From Octopus sinensis (Eukaryota), in contig NC_043000.1 of assembly GCF_006345805.1 (NCBI RefSeq), forward strand, positions 112,096,001 to 112,160,000: a stretch of DNA of 64,000 bases, in the 5' to 3' direction. Shown here one piece after another: positions 26,129 to 39,270 of the stretch. The notes below the pieces were generated by a model. The model did no database searches and was not told the origin of the DNA. It saw only the letters and a list, made by a program, of their open reading frames with translations. The translations under genes were made by a program, and so were the position numbers. Within the stretch, counting starts at the first letter, position 1. The number at the start of each line of letters is the position of its first letter.

Positions 26129-26683
26129 CAGTAATACCTTACTTTAAGAGGTCCCACTTTACAAGACACCGGGTTTACTAGTTTTATTTTTCAAGTACAA
26201 GACCCAAATTTTGAATGAAGTGCAAAAGCTTCTACCACCATAACATAACTAAATGCTTCTGCATGTTACTGAGAAATTTATAGAGAGCAAAATAATAGTT
26301 TCTTCTAAGCAAACTACTCTACACTTGTTTTTTATAAAGAAATTCATAAGTCTGTCTATGAGTGCTTGTGAATTGGCGATCATGTCTATAAGTGATGATG
26401 TGTGTGAGTCAAGCGCGAGTGAAAGTGATTCAGAAAACGATTATAATACTAATAATATTTTTTATTCTAAATGATTTTGACATTCTTTTTAATTCACATA
26501 AAATAGTCTTTACATTCTACTGTTGTTTTATTGCCATTTATTTATGAGTATTATAAATTTTATTCATAAAATATTTTTCTAGGAACGAATTACGATTTAT
26601 AATATTGCTACTATGGGAAATTACTGGTTTGCTTTATGAGTGGTCTCTGGGAACAAATTTACTTGTATATTGAGGCATTACTG
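26129..26683. mobile_element. pogo/Tigger-type (Tc1/mariner) MITE
   Basis: TA|CAGTAATACCT ... GAGGCATTACTG|TG terminal inverted repeats; subterminal CTATGGGAAA motif as I recall from Tigger-like elements. Confidence 0.6.
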
Positions 26684-27660
26684 TGTGTGTGTGTACACAC
26701 ACACACATACATACATACATCATCATCTTCATCGTTTAATGTCCGCTTTCTATGCTGGCATGGGTTCGACAGTTCAATTGGGGTCTAGGAAGCAAGGAGG
26801 CCACACCAGGCACCAATCTAATCTGGCAATTTTTTCTACAGCTGGATACCCTTCCTAATGCCAACCACTCCGAGTGTGTAGTGGGTGCTTTTTACGTGCC
26901 ACTGGTACAGGGGCCAGCTCCTCTAGCATTGGGTCACAACTACAATTTCCATTTGATTGTAATTTGATTTGATTTTAATATTGATGTTGATGTACTTAAC
27001 TCAATAGGTCTCCTCAAGCACGGCATGTCACCCTACAATCCAAGGCTACTTTTGAGTGATAATGAAAACAGCATATAAATCACTCCCTTGTTACTGAATC
27101 CTTTGACCTAATTGATGATTCAGATAACAATATGACATTCTTTTACAGTTTTATTATTGATTGCAAGTGTCAAAAAGCTGTGAGGAATGACCAGTGAACT
27201 GTCATCAAAGTGCAACAGCTTTAGAAAGCTTCCTAAAACTGCCATGCATTCCTACAAATGCTTTTGCCATTAGGAAACATCATGACGTGTCATCAGGATG
27301 TAGTGGTCACCATCAAATCTACGGACTGGATTATTGGATATTTGACACTTAAGGACAGTCTTGTTATTTAATGAATCAGGCCCCCTGTTTCATTTGCAGA
27401 TAAGGCTTACGTAATACTAACAGGCTAATATAACACTCCCAGTATCTGTTTTTTTACATCTCCTTCCCCACCTCCCCCTCATATCTGTATAGCTCAGAGC
27501 GAAGCTCAATTTCCACTTTTCTCTTGAAAAAGATTATTTAAAGCCAAACTATTGAAATAAGAGGTAAAAGGGTAAACTATTGTTTTAGCTTGGCTTTTGT
27601 TCCAGAACACTTTCAACTCTCATTTGAAAATACTCTGTATAAAAATTATACGTGCACATA

Positions 27661-27711
<51 letters not shown>

Positions 27712-27781
27712 AAACGTACTTGGAAGAGGATGCATGGCTTTCAATCATAATAATATAAATAATATATATATATATATATAT

Positions 27782-28341
27782 ATCATCATCATCATCATGG
27801 TTTAACATCTGCTTTCCATGCTAGCATGAGTTGGACAATTTGACTGAAGGCTGGCGAACCAGATGGCTGCACCAGGCTTCAATCTTGATCTGGCAGAGTT
27901 TCTACAACTGGATGCCCTTCCTAATGCCAAGCACTCCAAGAGTGTAGTGGGTGCTTTAACGTGCCAAGGGCACAGAAGCCGGTTAGCCGCTCTGTCAACG
28001 ATCACACTCGTATGGTACTCTTTGCACCCCGCTAGCGCGGATGCCAGTCATCAATTTTGATTTCACTTGCCTCAACAGGTCTTCGCAAGCAGAGTATTAG
28101 TGTCCAACGAGGGAAAAGGTACACGTAAGTGGGCTGGTTACGCACCTGGCATAGGCCATGGGGTTATGGTCTCATTTGGCTTGACGGGTCTTCTCACACG
28201 CAGCATATTTCCAAAAGTCTCAGTCACTAGTCATTTCCTTGGTGAAGCCTAAAGTTCGAAGGTCGTGCTTCACCACTTTATCCCAAGTCTTCCTGGGTCT
28301 ACCTCTTCCACAGGTTCCCTCAACCGCTAGGGAGTGGCACA
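27782..28341 (-). mobile_element. RTE LINE 3' end (ORF C-terminus + 3' UTR + (GAT)n tail), subfamily 1
   Basis: CHSLAVEGTCGRGRPRKTWDKVVKHDLRTLGFTKEMTSD is an RTE-type C-terminus (GRGRPRKTW) and runs directly into the family C UTR. Confidence 0.9.
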
Positions 28342-28379
28342 TATAATAATAATATAAATAACATATATATATATGCATA

Positions 28380-28652
28380 TGTGGGCACAGGACGTCACGA
28401 AACGTGTACAACAAAAAAATACGAAGTACATGTACATGGAACATGAATTATTCTGTCGAACAACAAAAGACACAAATGGAAAACAAGACAAACAACACAA
28501 AGAACGACCCTCCATCAGTTGTTGGCTGTTTTTCTAGTCTCGTATTTCGAGCATTTCCATTTGTGTCTTTCGTTGTTTGAAAGAATAGTTCATGTTCCAT
28601 GTACTCGTGCTTCGTACTTTGTTGTTGTACACGTTTCATGACATCTTGTGCC

Positions 28653-28656
<4 letters not shown>
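28380..28656. mobile_element. Fold-back element, ~100-bp imperfect inverted arms, ~70-bp spacer
   Basis: GTGGGCACAGGACGTCACGAAACGTGTAC... (28381-28482) vs ...GTACACGTTTCATGACATCTTGTGCCCAC (28554-28655). Confidence 0.85.
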
Positions 28657-28690
<34 letters not shown>

Positions 28691-30089
28691 GTCTGATAGC
28701 ACTCACCCATCAAGAAGTTTGCTTCCTGACCCCATGGTTTCAGGTTCCGACATACTGCATGGTACCTGTGCTGAACAAATCCTTGTGAGTGGATTTGGTA
28801 GATGGAAACTGAAAGAATCTCGTCATGTGTGTCTGTGTTAGTGCCTCATTGTCTTGACATCACATCATAGTTGTAAATGAGTATCACTGTTATACAAGCA
28901 GTGTACATAGAAGTAGCAACACTGCGTGTATAATTGTTTAATCGGCATCACACCATAGAAATTCTGTTTCAATGTAACTTATCTGAGCCATGCAAGCATG
29001 AAAAAACTGGAATGGATAAATTGGACATTAAAACCATGATGATGATGATGATATATTTCTCATTTTTCTTTTAAGATCTAGCTTTCGGGTGTGCAACAGC
29101 ACTATCATCATTGCCATCTTTTTGAGAAGCCAGAAGGGGTCATCACAGAGACCCTTCTAATGCACAGTCTGAGTGTTTATTGGAGTTCAGGAGTTTGATG
29201 CTGGCAGTTTGAACATAATGGCTATGGACACTGACTCTCTTTGATTGGTCACAAGACCAACGGATGTCAAGGAGGGAGTATAGATGAATAAAGCAAACCT
29301 AATACGTCACTGGTATTTTGTTTTGTTGACCTGGAAGGAATGAAGGTCAAAACCATACTCAAGCAGGATTTGAAGTGGTTAATGTAGAAATATGAGACGA
29401 AAAAATTCTTCAAGTCCAAATGATAATGTCTTTCATCTATCCATCTTTCTGTTTATCTATCTGTCCATTTATTCTATCTATATATAGACAGATAGATATA
29501 GATAAATATAGGTAGATACATACATACATGAATGCATGCATACGTATGCACACACACACACCACACACACACACATACATACATAGATGAATGCATAGAT
29601 AGATCTGTTTCAGATACATTTTTAATATAATTTTTTGAAAGATGCTTGTCCTCAATTATCGTTTATAAGTTCCCATTTCCTCTCTTAAATGGCGACTGTC
29701 TTCTAAGAATATTCCATTATCAAGTGGAAATTGCCTGCCAGGAATATTTCACCTAATTCATGTTCTGTATTTTCAACAACTAAATTACTTGGTCAGCTGA
29801 AGAAAAGGCAAATAAATTAGACAGAGGAGAGGGGGGAGGAGAGGTAGATAGATTGATAAGATAGTGAAAGTGGTACATAGATGGATAAATAGATGAGAGA
29901 GAGAGATTAATTCCGATTCCATGGAAGAATACTACTGTAAACATTGAGCTAACCAATCATTTCCGCAGACATACGTTCTAGAAATGTATTTGTTTTCTGT
30001 ATTCAAATGTATTTTGTTGTTTTTTATGATTCTGACATTATTTAGAAAATTATTACTTTTTTCATTTTGTCTAAAATATTATTTCACAA

Positions 30090-30520
30090 CTGACATATTG
30101 ACAGCTGGACAATTAAACTCCGCAGTGTGCAATATGGTCTTCAGCTAGACGTGGCATATCTAGGGCACGAAGATCTGAGGGTCACCTTTGTGCCAAAAGT
30201 CTGCTCAAAGGACATCTGACCTTCAGCTGTACAACAACTCTTCAGTGCCTCCTCCTCCTTGGCCAGTCTTTGAGGTGGTCTTTATGTCAAAGACATGTAC
30301 GTTTGCCAGTAGAGAGACGAGTGTTAAACAGCATGGATTGCCATTGGGCACAGCTCATGTTTAAAGAATGAGGAACCAAGTGTAAGAAATACTGACGCTT
30401 ATGTTGTCAGATTTCCAAGTTCTTGAACCTTTTTACCAGACATTGTGTCATGTGGCATCTTTCTTTTCCTTACCATAATGGTTCTCCGTCTTTCTGAATG
30501 CAACAAAGAAGTTTATCTGC
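30090..30520 (-). pseudogene. Decayed RTE-like LINE ORF relic
   Basis: Minus frames give HVFDIKTTSKT...LLYS...LKTILH, loosely like the RTE RT C-terminal region; many stops and frameshifts. Confidence 0.35.
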
Positions 30521-30873
30521 GTTTGTTCAAACTGCTAAGAAAAGTAGCCAAATTTCCCTAGGATTATTAGCTATCATCTTAAAGAATAACACATTGAATA
30601 GTGTTGTCGAATATACTGTATTGCTGGGATAAAATGTGAGGATGGTCATACCTGACTTGTCTTTGACCAGGGCTGACTTGGGTCTAGACAACCACATTAT
30701 TTCACTTTCTGCAAACCATTCTTCAAACTATTCAGCAACAAAAATTTTCACTCCATCCCCTTCATTGTCTCCTGTTCTCTTACCCCTACTGTACCGACAC
30801 CAGTTGAAACAATTTCTCAGTTATAAAATCGTATGGATATTGTAGTTGTGATACCCATGCCAGTGGCACGTAA

Positions 30874-31378
30874 GGCCTCACAGAGGAAATGATGAAGACC
30901 GAGACCTCTGAGATAGGCTGTGACTGTGAAGACCTGACAAATGAAGTGAGTTCATGGCTCGCAGGACGGCCTGCTGTGCTAACCTTGGATTGTAGAGTGA
31001 CCCGCTGTTCTCGAGGAGACCTATTGAGTCAAGTATGTCAACACCAACATCAAAATAAAAATCAAATGGAACTTGTAAAAGGCACCATCCGAACGTGGCA
31101 GATGCCAGTGCTGCCTGACTGGCGTCTGTGTCGGTGACACGTAAAAGCACCAACCGAGCGTGGCCGTTTGCCAGCCTCCTCTGGCTCCTGTGCCGGTGGC
31201 ACATAAGAAACACCCACTATGCTCACGGAGTGGTTGGCGTTAGGAAGGGCATCAAACTGTAGAAACACTGCCAGATCGGACTGGAGCCTGGTGCAGCCTC
31301 CTGGCTTCCCAGACCCCAGTTGAACCGTCCAACCCATGCTAGCATGGAAAACAGACGTTAAATGATGATGACGATGAA
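30874..31378 (+). mobile_element. RTE LINE 3' end, subfamily 2
   Basis: Frameshifted GLTEEM-KDRDL(W)R*AVTVKT*QMK* followed by a distinct proximal UTR, the shared terminal module and (GAT)n tail. Confidence 0.8.
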
Positions 31379-32859
31379 GGTGCAGCCCTTTCTCCATTGA
31401 AAGCAGATTACTCTACACCACCACAACGTCTTTTGGCTCAGAAAGATGGAGAATCGTTATGGTAAAGAAAAGAAAATACCTGCAAACCTCAGGGCACAGT
31501 GTCTGGTAAAGCGGTTCAAGAACCTGGAAATCAGTTCCAAACACTGTCTGCATATGTTATTGCTGATGTCCTCTTTTCCATGCTTGCATGGGGCCGATGG
31601 AATTTGTTGAAGCAGAACGTCTCTGGCTAGGTGCCCCTCCTGTTGCCAACACTCACCTATTTCCAAGCAAGGTAATATTGCCTGTGACCAGACATATTTT
31701 TTTTAAAAGAAGATTGGAAGTGAATAACATAGCTTGTATGAGGGTGGTGCTCGTTTACAATCATCTTGTGAAGAATTCACTCAACCTATACACAAATGTA
31801 GATATATGACGGGCTTCTTTCAGTTTCTGTCTACCACATCTATTAGTAGAAAACACTTGCCCAAGGTGCTGTGCAGTGGGACTGACTCCAAGACCATGTG
31901 GTTGGAAAGCAATGCTCTTAACCACATAGCCAAGTTTATGCCTAAAGGTCGATTTATTGAAAAAAAAAATAAGGGAAAGGAATTTGCATTTGTTCCAAAC
32001 CAAACTTAATTATTTCCTAAGAGACTCACCTCAAACATCATTCATTACCCACCTCAAACATCATTCATTACTCACCTCTTTAAATGTGTTACTTTCTTGT
32101 AATTTCTCTTAGTATTAAATAATCTTTTCCTAACTACTCATACTTCAAAGTAAATTTTATAACATGATCCTGCTGTGGACAACAAAACGAGTTTAAAATT
32201 ACAGAAAGAGGTGAAAGAAAAGAAAAAGAAGAGATAACAAGAAACTATAAAAGTATACATAAATGATGAATAGCCTCTTGTAAAAGTAGACCTAGTAATT
32301 ATAGTGTCCAGTTAGTTTGGTCAGTAAATTTAGCTGAAAGTAAGTCATACGTTCTGTCAGTTTGACAACAATGAAGTCGTCCTCTTTGAGTTGTCTGATG
32401 TTAAAAGAGCTTCACATAAAATCAGACGGTGTACTTGAGACCATTTGACCCTTTGTATGATGACTGGTCAGACTAATTAATCTAGGAAAACACGAGACAA
32501 TGGGTGGGCTGATGGCGGTGGGGAATCTTTTTATATTTTTTTCTCACACACTCGCATTCAATTATATCAATATTAATAGAGTAATACGATAATTTTTCTT
32601 CAGTTCAATGTGTCTTTTCGTTATTGATTTACTATTAAAAAAAAAAAAAAAAAACTATCGTTGTGAACGAGGTGGGGGTGGGGGCTGCAAAACTATATAA
32701 TCTATATTAACATATCATAGTAATCTATATTGATTTTAGCAACATCAAATCCTGCTCAGAACGTTCTAGCATGTCTAGTTTTGTTTGATTGGAAATGTTC
32801 ATTAACTCTGTCTCCCTCTCTCTCTCACTCTTTGTATCTCTTTCTATGCCTTTCTCAAC

Positions 32860-32920
32860 AGATTTTTACACACATATACACATAGTCACACAAACACACA
32901 CACACATATATATATACACA

Positions 32921-32957
<37 letters not shown>

Positions 32958-32959
32958 GC

Positions 32960-33032
<73 letters not shown>

Positions 33033-33033
33033 C

Positions 33034-33065
<32 letters not shown>

Positions 33066-33230
33066 GCTCACATATATATATATACACACACATATATATA
33101 TATATAATACACACACATATATACATACACACACACATACACACACACACATATATATATACACATACATACATATATATATACACACACACATATATAT
33201 ATATATACACACACATATATACATACATAC

Positions 33231-33265
<35 letters not shown>

Positions 33266-33385
33266 CTGTCTGTCTCACTGCTTCTTTCTTTCTCCTTGCC
33301 TTTGTATTTTCCTCTTGCTTTCGCTTCTTTCTTTCTCTCTCTCTCCCCTCCCTTGCTTCTCTTTCTCTCTCTCTCTACACACACA
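32860..33385. repeat. Long compound (TA)n/(CA)n/(CT)n microsatellite
   Basis: Directly visible; source of the Y/I/H/T ORFs. Confidence 0.95.
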
Positions 33386-33799
33386 CACACTCGCTCGCTC
33401 ACATGGCGTATCATTTACCCATCTTAATTCTCTAAATCCTAATCTTCTCTAGTCTCTAACTATGGTTTAATGCAATATTTAAGACAAGCCAATAAAACAC
33501 TGCCAGAAAATACATTTCAATAATAACTCATCTGTTCATTGATACAAATTGTTTTCACTGTTGGAATTATTCGGTTTTTTATTGTTTGGTAAAAAACATG
33601 GTTCTTGTTAATTGTACAACTTCTCATTACATGTGAGATAGTTGTTTGGATATTAAGATTTATCATTTTTGCAAGCTATTAACTCTTCTCTTGAGATATT
33701 TACAACACATACACAAATGTAGTTAAATAAGATTCAGGTAAAAACTTTGTTAGGAAGTAATGCAAAGCTCATCTACAGTTATTGGTTACTTGATGTCAT

Positions 33800-34100
33800 C
33801 ATACAATGAAAATGCTCCTGCTGCTGGATGTACATCAGGGATTCCATGGTATCTGTAAAGTTTATCACACTGAGCGAAATAGTAAGAAAGTCTAATGAAG
33901 AAATTATTTAAACAATCTCCTGAGGAAGTGTATGTGTGATAATGATGACACAACATCTCACCAATGTATAAAGATGTAAAAATGTTTAAACAACTGTAGT
34001 TATATTTTTGGTCATATAAAACATAATGTAGAGATTTTCTGTTAAGATGGCGATAGAAAGAGAGGAAGGGATCATGGCCCTTGGTAGGCCCTTCCATGCT
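33800..34100 (+). pseudogene. Old RTE LINE RT C-terminal relic
   Basis: Plus frame reads NNLLRKCMCD...SYIFGHIKH...DGDRKRGR..W with stops, resembling the RTE MLRWMC...FGH...GxRxRGRP..W motifs. Confidence 0.4.
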
Positions 34101-34801
34101 GGTAAGTTTGGTATGGTTGATGTTCAGCCTGAATATGTGTTGGCTGATATGGACAGAAAAAGAATTCTGAGGTGTTACAGGTCTGGAGGTGTAGCAAGAC
34201 TGGAAAACTTTTTCATTCAATGTCTGGGAAGTGATATATATATATGAAAGGGTGAGACACTCTAAATATGAGGTTAATTAGCTCAGGCAATTCTAAAAAT
34301 TTCTGTTATTTGCATAACTGGTTGGAACTAGTTCAGTTATCTTATAATTATGCATTTGTCTATAAGTAAAATGTTTCTATAACGAAGCAGAGCAGGAGAG
34401 TTATGGTTTTTGAAAAGAAATGTATTGGAAGGTTATGCAACAATATGTCTGATAGTGGAACTACTATACACTAGTTTGATCTGCTAGAAATAATAGTTAA
34501 ACCTCCCTCAGATTACACCGTATCTTTTTTAAGGGCATGAATTATTAGATAATGTAGCATCAGATAAACTATCTGAATAAATATGGAATGGTCATAGCTG
34601 GAACGCCCATGCTTATGGGTTTACTGCATCAGACCTATAAACAACTGGAGTTAAACAATAAGGAAGTGTATCTTACAGAATGTAATTCCCCCAAATTTTT
34701 CTGCGAAAAACGATGGGATGGTCATATTTAGTTGTGAATCTGAATAACCTGTAGTGTTTGATGAAAGAACCTGCTTGAGATGTCAGATCTTTCTCTCTTC
34801 T

Positions 34802-35190
34802 TCATCATCATCGTTTAACGTCCATTTTCCATGCTAGCATGGGTTGGACGGTTCAACCGGGGTCTGGGAAGCCAGGGGGCTGCACCAGACTCCAGTCTGA
34901 TCTGGCAGTGTTTCTACAGCTGGATGCCCTTCCTAACGCCAACCACTCCATGAGTGTAGTGGGTGCTTTTTACGTGCAAGGAGAGGCTGGCAAACGGTGA
35001 CGATTGGTTGGTGCTTATACGTGTCACCAACACGGATGCCAGTCAGGCAGCGCTGGCATGTGCCACGTTCGGACGGTGCTTTTCTTTTAATGTGTCACCG
35101 GCACGGGTGTCTTAACTACTATTTCCATTCAATTTTCATTTGATGTTAACGTACTTGACTGAATAGGTCTTCTCAAGAACAGCGGGTCAC
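34802..35190 (-). mobile_element. RTE LINE 3' UTR (family C), young copy
   Basis: CpG-rich, (ATC)n on plus strand, GATGCCCTTCCTAACGCCAACCAC. Confidence 0.85.
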
Positions 35191-36017
35191 TCTTCATTAT
35201 CACAAAATGAATTATTCCACTTTTGTGATGGTTTTTTTTTCTGTTTCCTTCGCCAACACAATCCATTTCAATTTTTCTTAAATTCTACTGTTTGACTATG
35301 ATAAACCATCATGATACGTTTGATTTCCATGCTGGCATGGGTTGGACTGTTTGACAGGAGCTGCAGCAGGTTCTCTAGCTTGTTTTGGCTTGACTTCTAT
35401 AGCTAGATGCCCTTACTAATGCCAACCACTTTACAGAGTGTACTGGGTGCTTTTTACATGTCACCATCTCCAGCATTTTTTGCATAGCACCAGCACCAGT
35501 GTCCCACATGGGCAAGTATTACCAAGGTGGCTTTGGGATATCAGTTCTGTTGTGGTGGGCAGGTTGTCTTGAGTACAGCAATGTATTTTATAAATAAATA
35601 ACTACTGGTCATGATTGGTGTGGTTAGCAGTAGGAAGACACAGCATCTTCATTTAATGTCTGTGTGCCATGTTGATATGGAAGGCACAATTTGTCAGGAA
35701 CTGGTGAGTCAGAAGACTGTACCAATCCCTGTTATCTGCCTCCACATGGTTTCTATGGTTGAATGCTCTTTTTAATGTCAACTACTTTACAATATACTGG
35801 ATGCTTTGTTTTTTGTTTTTTTTTTTTGTTTCCATACCACTGTCACTAATGAAGTCAGCAAGTAACTTGTAAAGGGAGAAGAGGAAAGAGAAAAAGGAAA
35901 TAGGCCCCTTGACTGGGTTGTGGTGGAATATTTGATAAAAGAGGAGGTGGTTTTCTGCCAGGTGTGGAGAGGCTAAACTATGACAAGGTGGCTGTTTTGC
36001 TATAGAGGAGATACATT

Positions 36018-36408
36018 AGCACTCCGGGCGAAATGTTTAGCAGTATTTCATCTGCCGTCACATTCTGAGTTCAAATTCTGCCAAGGTTGACTTTGCTTTT
36101 CATCCTTTCGAGGTCAATTAAATAAGTACCAGTTACGCACTGGGGTCGATATAATTGACTTAATCCGTTTGTCTGTCCTTGTTTGTCCTCTCTGTGACTA
36201 GCCCCTTGTGGGTAGTAAAGAAATAGGTATTTTGTCTACCGTTACATTCTGAGTTCAAATTCTGCCAAGGTTGACTTTGTCTTTCATCCTTTCAGGGTTG
36301 ATTAAATAAGTACCAGTTAAGCACTAGGGTTGATGTAATTGACTTAATCCCTTTGTCTGTCCTTGTTTGTCCCCTCTATGTTTAGCCCCCCTGTGGGCAA
36401 TAAGGAAA
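36018..36408 (+). mobile_element. Two joined SINE family B units
   Basis: First unit ends AAAGAAATA and joins GGTATTTTGTC of a second, headless unit. Confidence 0.8.
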
Positions 36409-37202
36409 TATATAGAGGAGCTACATGGCCACCTCACATTATATAAGGGTGGGTGGGAGTAGCTAGGAAGAAGGTAGAGATGAGGGCTAAGAAGACACAG
36501 CATCTCAAGATACAAGATGATGAGTAGAAGAGAGGATAGGGGTGGTGGGTTGAAGCGTTTGGGTAGGGGGAGAGAAAAGCAACTCCGACCAAACTAAACC
36601 ATACCATTCCATGCAAATATGGAAATTTCCACATAAAAACAGGAAAGAAAAACATGTTATTGATTTGCACAGTGGATGGTGGGGTAAGTGAGGTGTTGAA
36701 ATGCTGTTGGGGGAGAACTATAGGTCAAGAACTTGGACTGAACCAAAGATGATCTCTTATCCAGGTTCTTCTGTCCACAACATAGAAAAATTCCTTTGCC
36801 CAAACATAGCCTTCCTTCCTTCCTTCTTTCTTTCTTCCTTCCTTCCTTCCTTCAAGAACACCAATTTCTTTCCATGCCCTACCGTTTCCATAGACATTTG
36901 TTCTGAAGAAGAATTGTTATAAGTTTCTTTCTTGCCTGAATCGATCGATATCTTTCCTTTTTTGACTGGCATCTCAGATCTTGTGCGGCTCACACTGTGT
37001 GAGTGCAGGTGTGCATGCGTGCGTGCTGACGTACAGGAGGTGTTACTTCTGTAGATGTGATATATTGATTAATATCTGTGTTACCAGCAGAGGTGGTGGT
37101 GGTGAAGGTGGTGTTGATGGGATGCGGTGGTGGTGCTCGTAATAGAAATTTATGTAATAGTTGCAGTTGTGGTAGCTGTGGCAGTATATCTTTCTTTCTC
37201 TT

Positions 37203-37263
<61 letters not shown>

Positions 37264-37329
37264 TATGTATGTATGTGTATAGATATATGTGTATGTATGT
37301 ACATACATATGTATATATAAAAAAAAATG

Positions 37330-37650
37330 GCACTCCGTCAGTAACAACGGTGAGTGTTTCAGTTGATCTGCTCAATGGAATAGCCTGTTCGTAAAGTATT
37401 AGCATGTAGGTGGCTGAGTACTCCACAGACACACATATCCTTAAACATAGTTCTCAGAGAGATTCAGTGCGACACAGAATGTGACATGGCTGGCCCCTTT
37501 GAAATACTGGTGCAACTCCTTTTTGACAGCCGAGTGGGCTGGAGTAATGTGAAATAAAGTGTCTTGTTCAAGAACGCAAGCAGCTTTGGGAATTGAACTC
37601 ATGACCTTACGATCATGAACTGAATATGCTAACCAGTTAGCCACGTCCTT
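37330..37650 (-). mobile_element. tRNA-headed SINE (family F)
   Basis: Minus-strand head with GAGTTCAATTCCC B box; 3' portion shared with 8290-8400. Confidence 0.7.
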
Positions 37651-37707
37651 CATTATATATATATAAACATACACATGTATGTGTGTTTTTATTTATATAT
37701 ATATAAA

Positions 37708-37849
37708 TGCTGGAGCAAATCAATCCCAGGACTTATTCTTTGTAAGCCTACTATTTATTCTATCTATCTTTTTTGCCAAACTCCTAAGTTACAGGGTATG
37801 TAAACATACCAACATCCTTTGTCAAGCCAAGTTCGGGGGACAAACACAG

Positions 37850-37881
<32 letters not shown>

Positions 37882-38035
37882 TCTATCAGCTTCCACCTAC
37901 CATATCCACTCATAGGGCTTTGGTCAGCCCGAGGCTATAGTAGAAGACACTTGCCCAAAGTGCCACACAGTGGGACTGAACCTGGAACCATGTGGTTGGT
38001 AAGCAAGCTGCTTACCACACAGCCACTCCTGCACC
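37708..38035 (-). mobile_element. SINE family A (left arm of palindrome)
   Basis: Family A body and head, reverse orientation. Confidence 0.85.
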
Positions 38036-38210
38036 TATATATATATATAGGTGCAGGAGTGGCTGTGTGGTAAGCAGCTTGCTTACCAACCACATGGTTC
38101 CAGGTTCAGTCCCACTGTGTGGCACTTTGGGCAAGTGTCTTCTACTATAGCCTCGGGCTGACCAAGCCCTATGAGTGGATATGGTAGGTGGAAGCTGATA
38201 GAATATATGT
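37874..38210. repeat. Near-perfect 337-bp palindrome centred on (TA)7
   Basis: Arms are reverse complements apart from one T indel; the same peptide appears in ORFs 37819(+) and 38012(-). Confidence 0.95.
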
Positions 38211-39270
38211 AGATTCAAGACTTTTGATATATTTTATCTTCTAAGATGTTTATTGAAGTTTATACAGGAGTGTCTGTGCCATATTTCTTTGGTTTAGGTT
38301 TTCCTAGATTTTCTTTTATGAATATTTCTACCTATTTCTTGATTCTGTGCAAAATTGATTCTGTCAATATTGATGTGAAAAGTTGTAGATGTTGATGAGG
38401 GCAGCATCTCCTTCAGGCCTCCAGTATTTTAGGATAGGTAGTTATGATTTTATTAAATTTCCAAGTCTTTCCAGTTTGGAGATTTTCTCACTGCTTGTCT
38501 GATGTCAAGTGGAGGGAGGGATTCAAGCTATAGAAGGCGGTGAGCTGCTTTTGGTATAGTTCTGGCAAGCTGGCAGAATCGTTAGCATGCTGGGTGAAAT
38601 CCTTAGCAGTATTTCATTCATCCAGATGTTTTGAGTTCAAACTCTGTCGAGGCCAACTTTACCTTTCATCTGTTTTTGTGGTTGAAGAAAATAAGTACCA
38701 GCTGACCATTGGGGTTGACTGTAATCGACTTAAATACTCCTGGGTATAAGTATAAAAACCGCACCTCTCTGCCAAGCCATGTTGAGCCAGTGTGGAAGAG
38801 CAGGCTCATCAAACAAGTAGGATCTCAAGCTCAAACTCACAGCCTCCACATCAGACTGTGGTTGGGTAGAGAGAGCATGCTGAGGCCTTCGTCCTGCACT
38901 GGACTGAACATAGGCAATCCAATGCAGTCCAATAATTTTCGGTTCCAGATTTTTAAAAAGTGTTTTCGTGTATTTCATTTTTATATTCAGTTTGCAGGAT
39001 TCTTGACGTGAACTCATCTGTTGAAACAGATTCTGTATTTTGTTGTGGTGTGGGGGTCGTTATGTTAGTATTTATGATACTGATGCTTTTATTGTGTCAT
39101 GAACTGTAACACGGATATTGTGTGGTTTGCGGTTCTTGGTTCCACTGTAAACTGCTTATTTTCAAGTTTATATTAGAAATAAACCTTTGCCAGTGTCCAT
39201 CACTTCTTGGCTGTATTTTCTTGTTGTCTGATGTTGGGTTTTGTTTCTGTTGTGTCGAGGGTGGAAGTTA

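Noticed and set aside
28505-28553. CTGATG and GCTCGAAA on the minus strand in permuted (type II HHR) order
   Set aside because: The core reads CUGAUGG, and I could not form stem III/UH or stem I.
32358-32440. Possible plus-strand exon (TGTCAG|FDNNEVVLFELSDVKR...)
   Set aside because: No convincing donor site, an in-frame stop follows shortly, and the peptide is not recognisable.
32789-33427. Long Y/I/H/T and V/C/Y ORFs (also 8560-9152 and similar)
   Set aside because: Microsatellite translations.
34047-34101. Possible 55-nt plus-strand exon (AG|ATGGCG...GCTG|GTAAGT; EREEGIMAL, vaguely like a mitochondrial carrier motif)
   Set aside because: Too short to support, lies within the putative RTE relic, and has no partner exons.
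33786-34220. 144-aa minus-strand ORF with a possible upstream acceptor (CACTTCCCAG)
   Set aside because: No recognisable domain, and the opposite strand shows decayed RTE motifs (FGH, RKRGR..W), so it is more likely chance antisense openness. RNA-seq would settle it.
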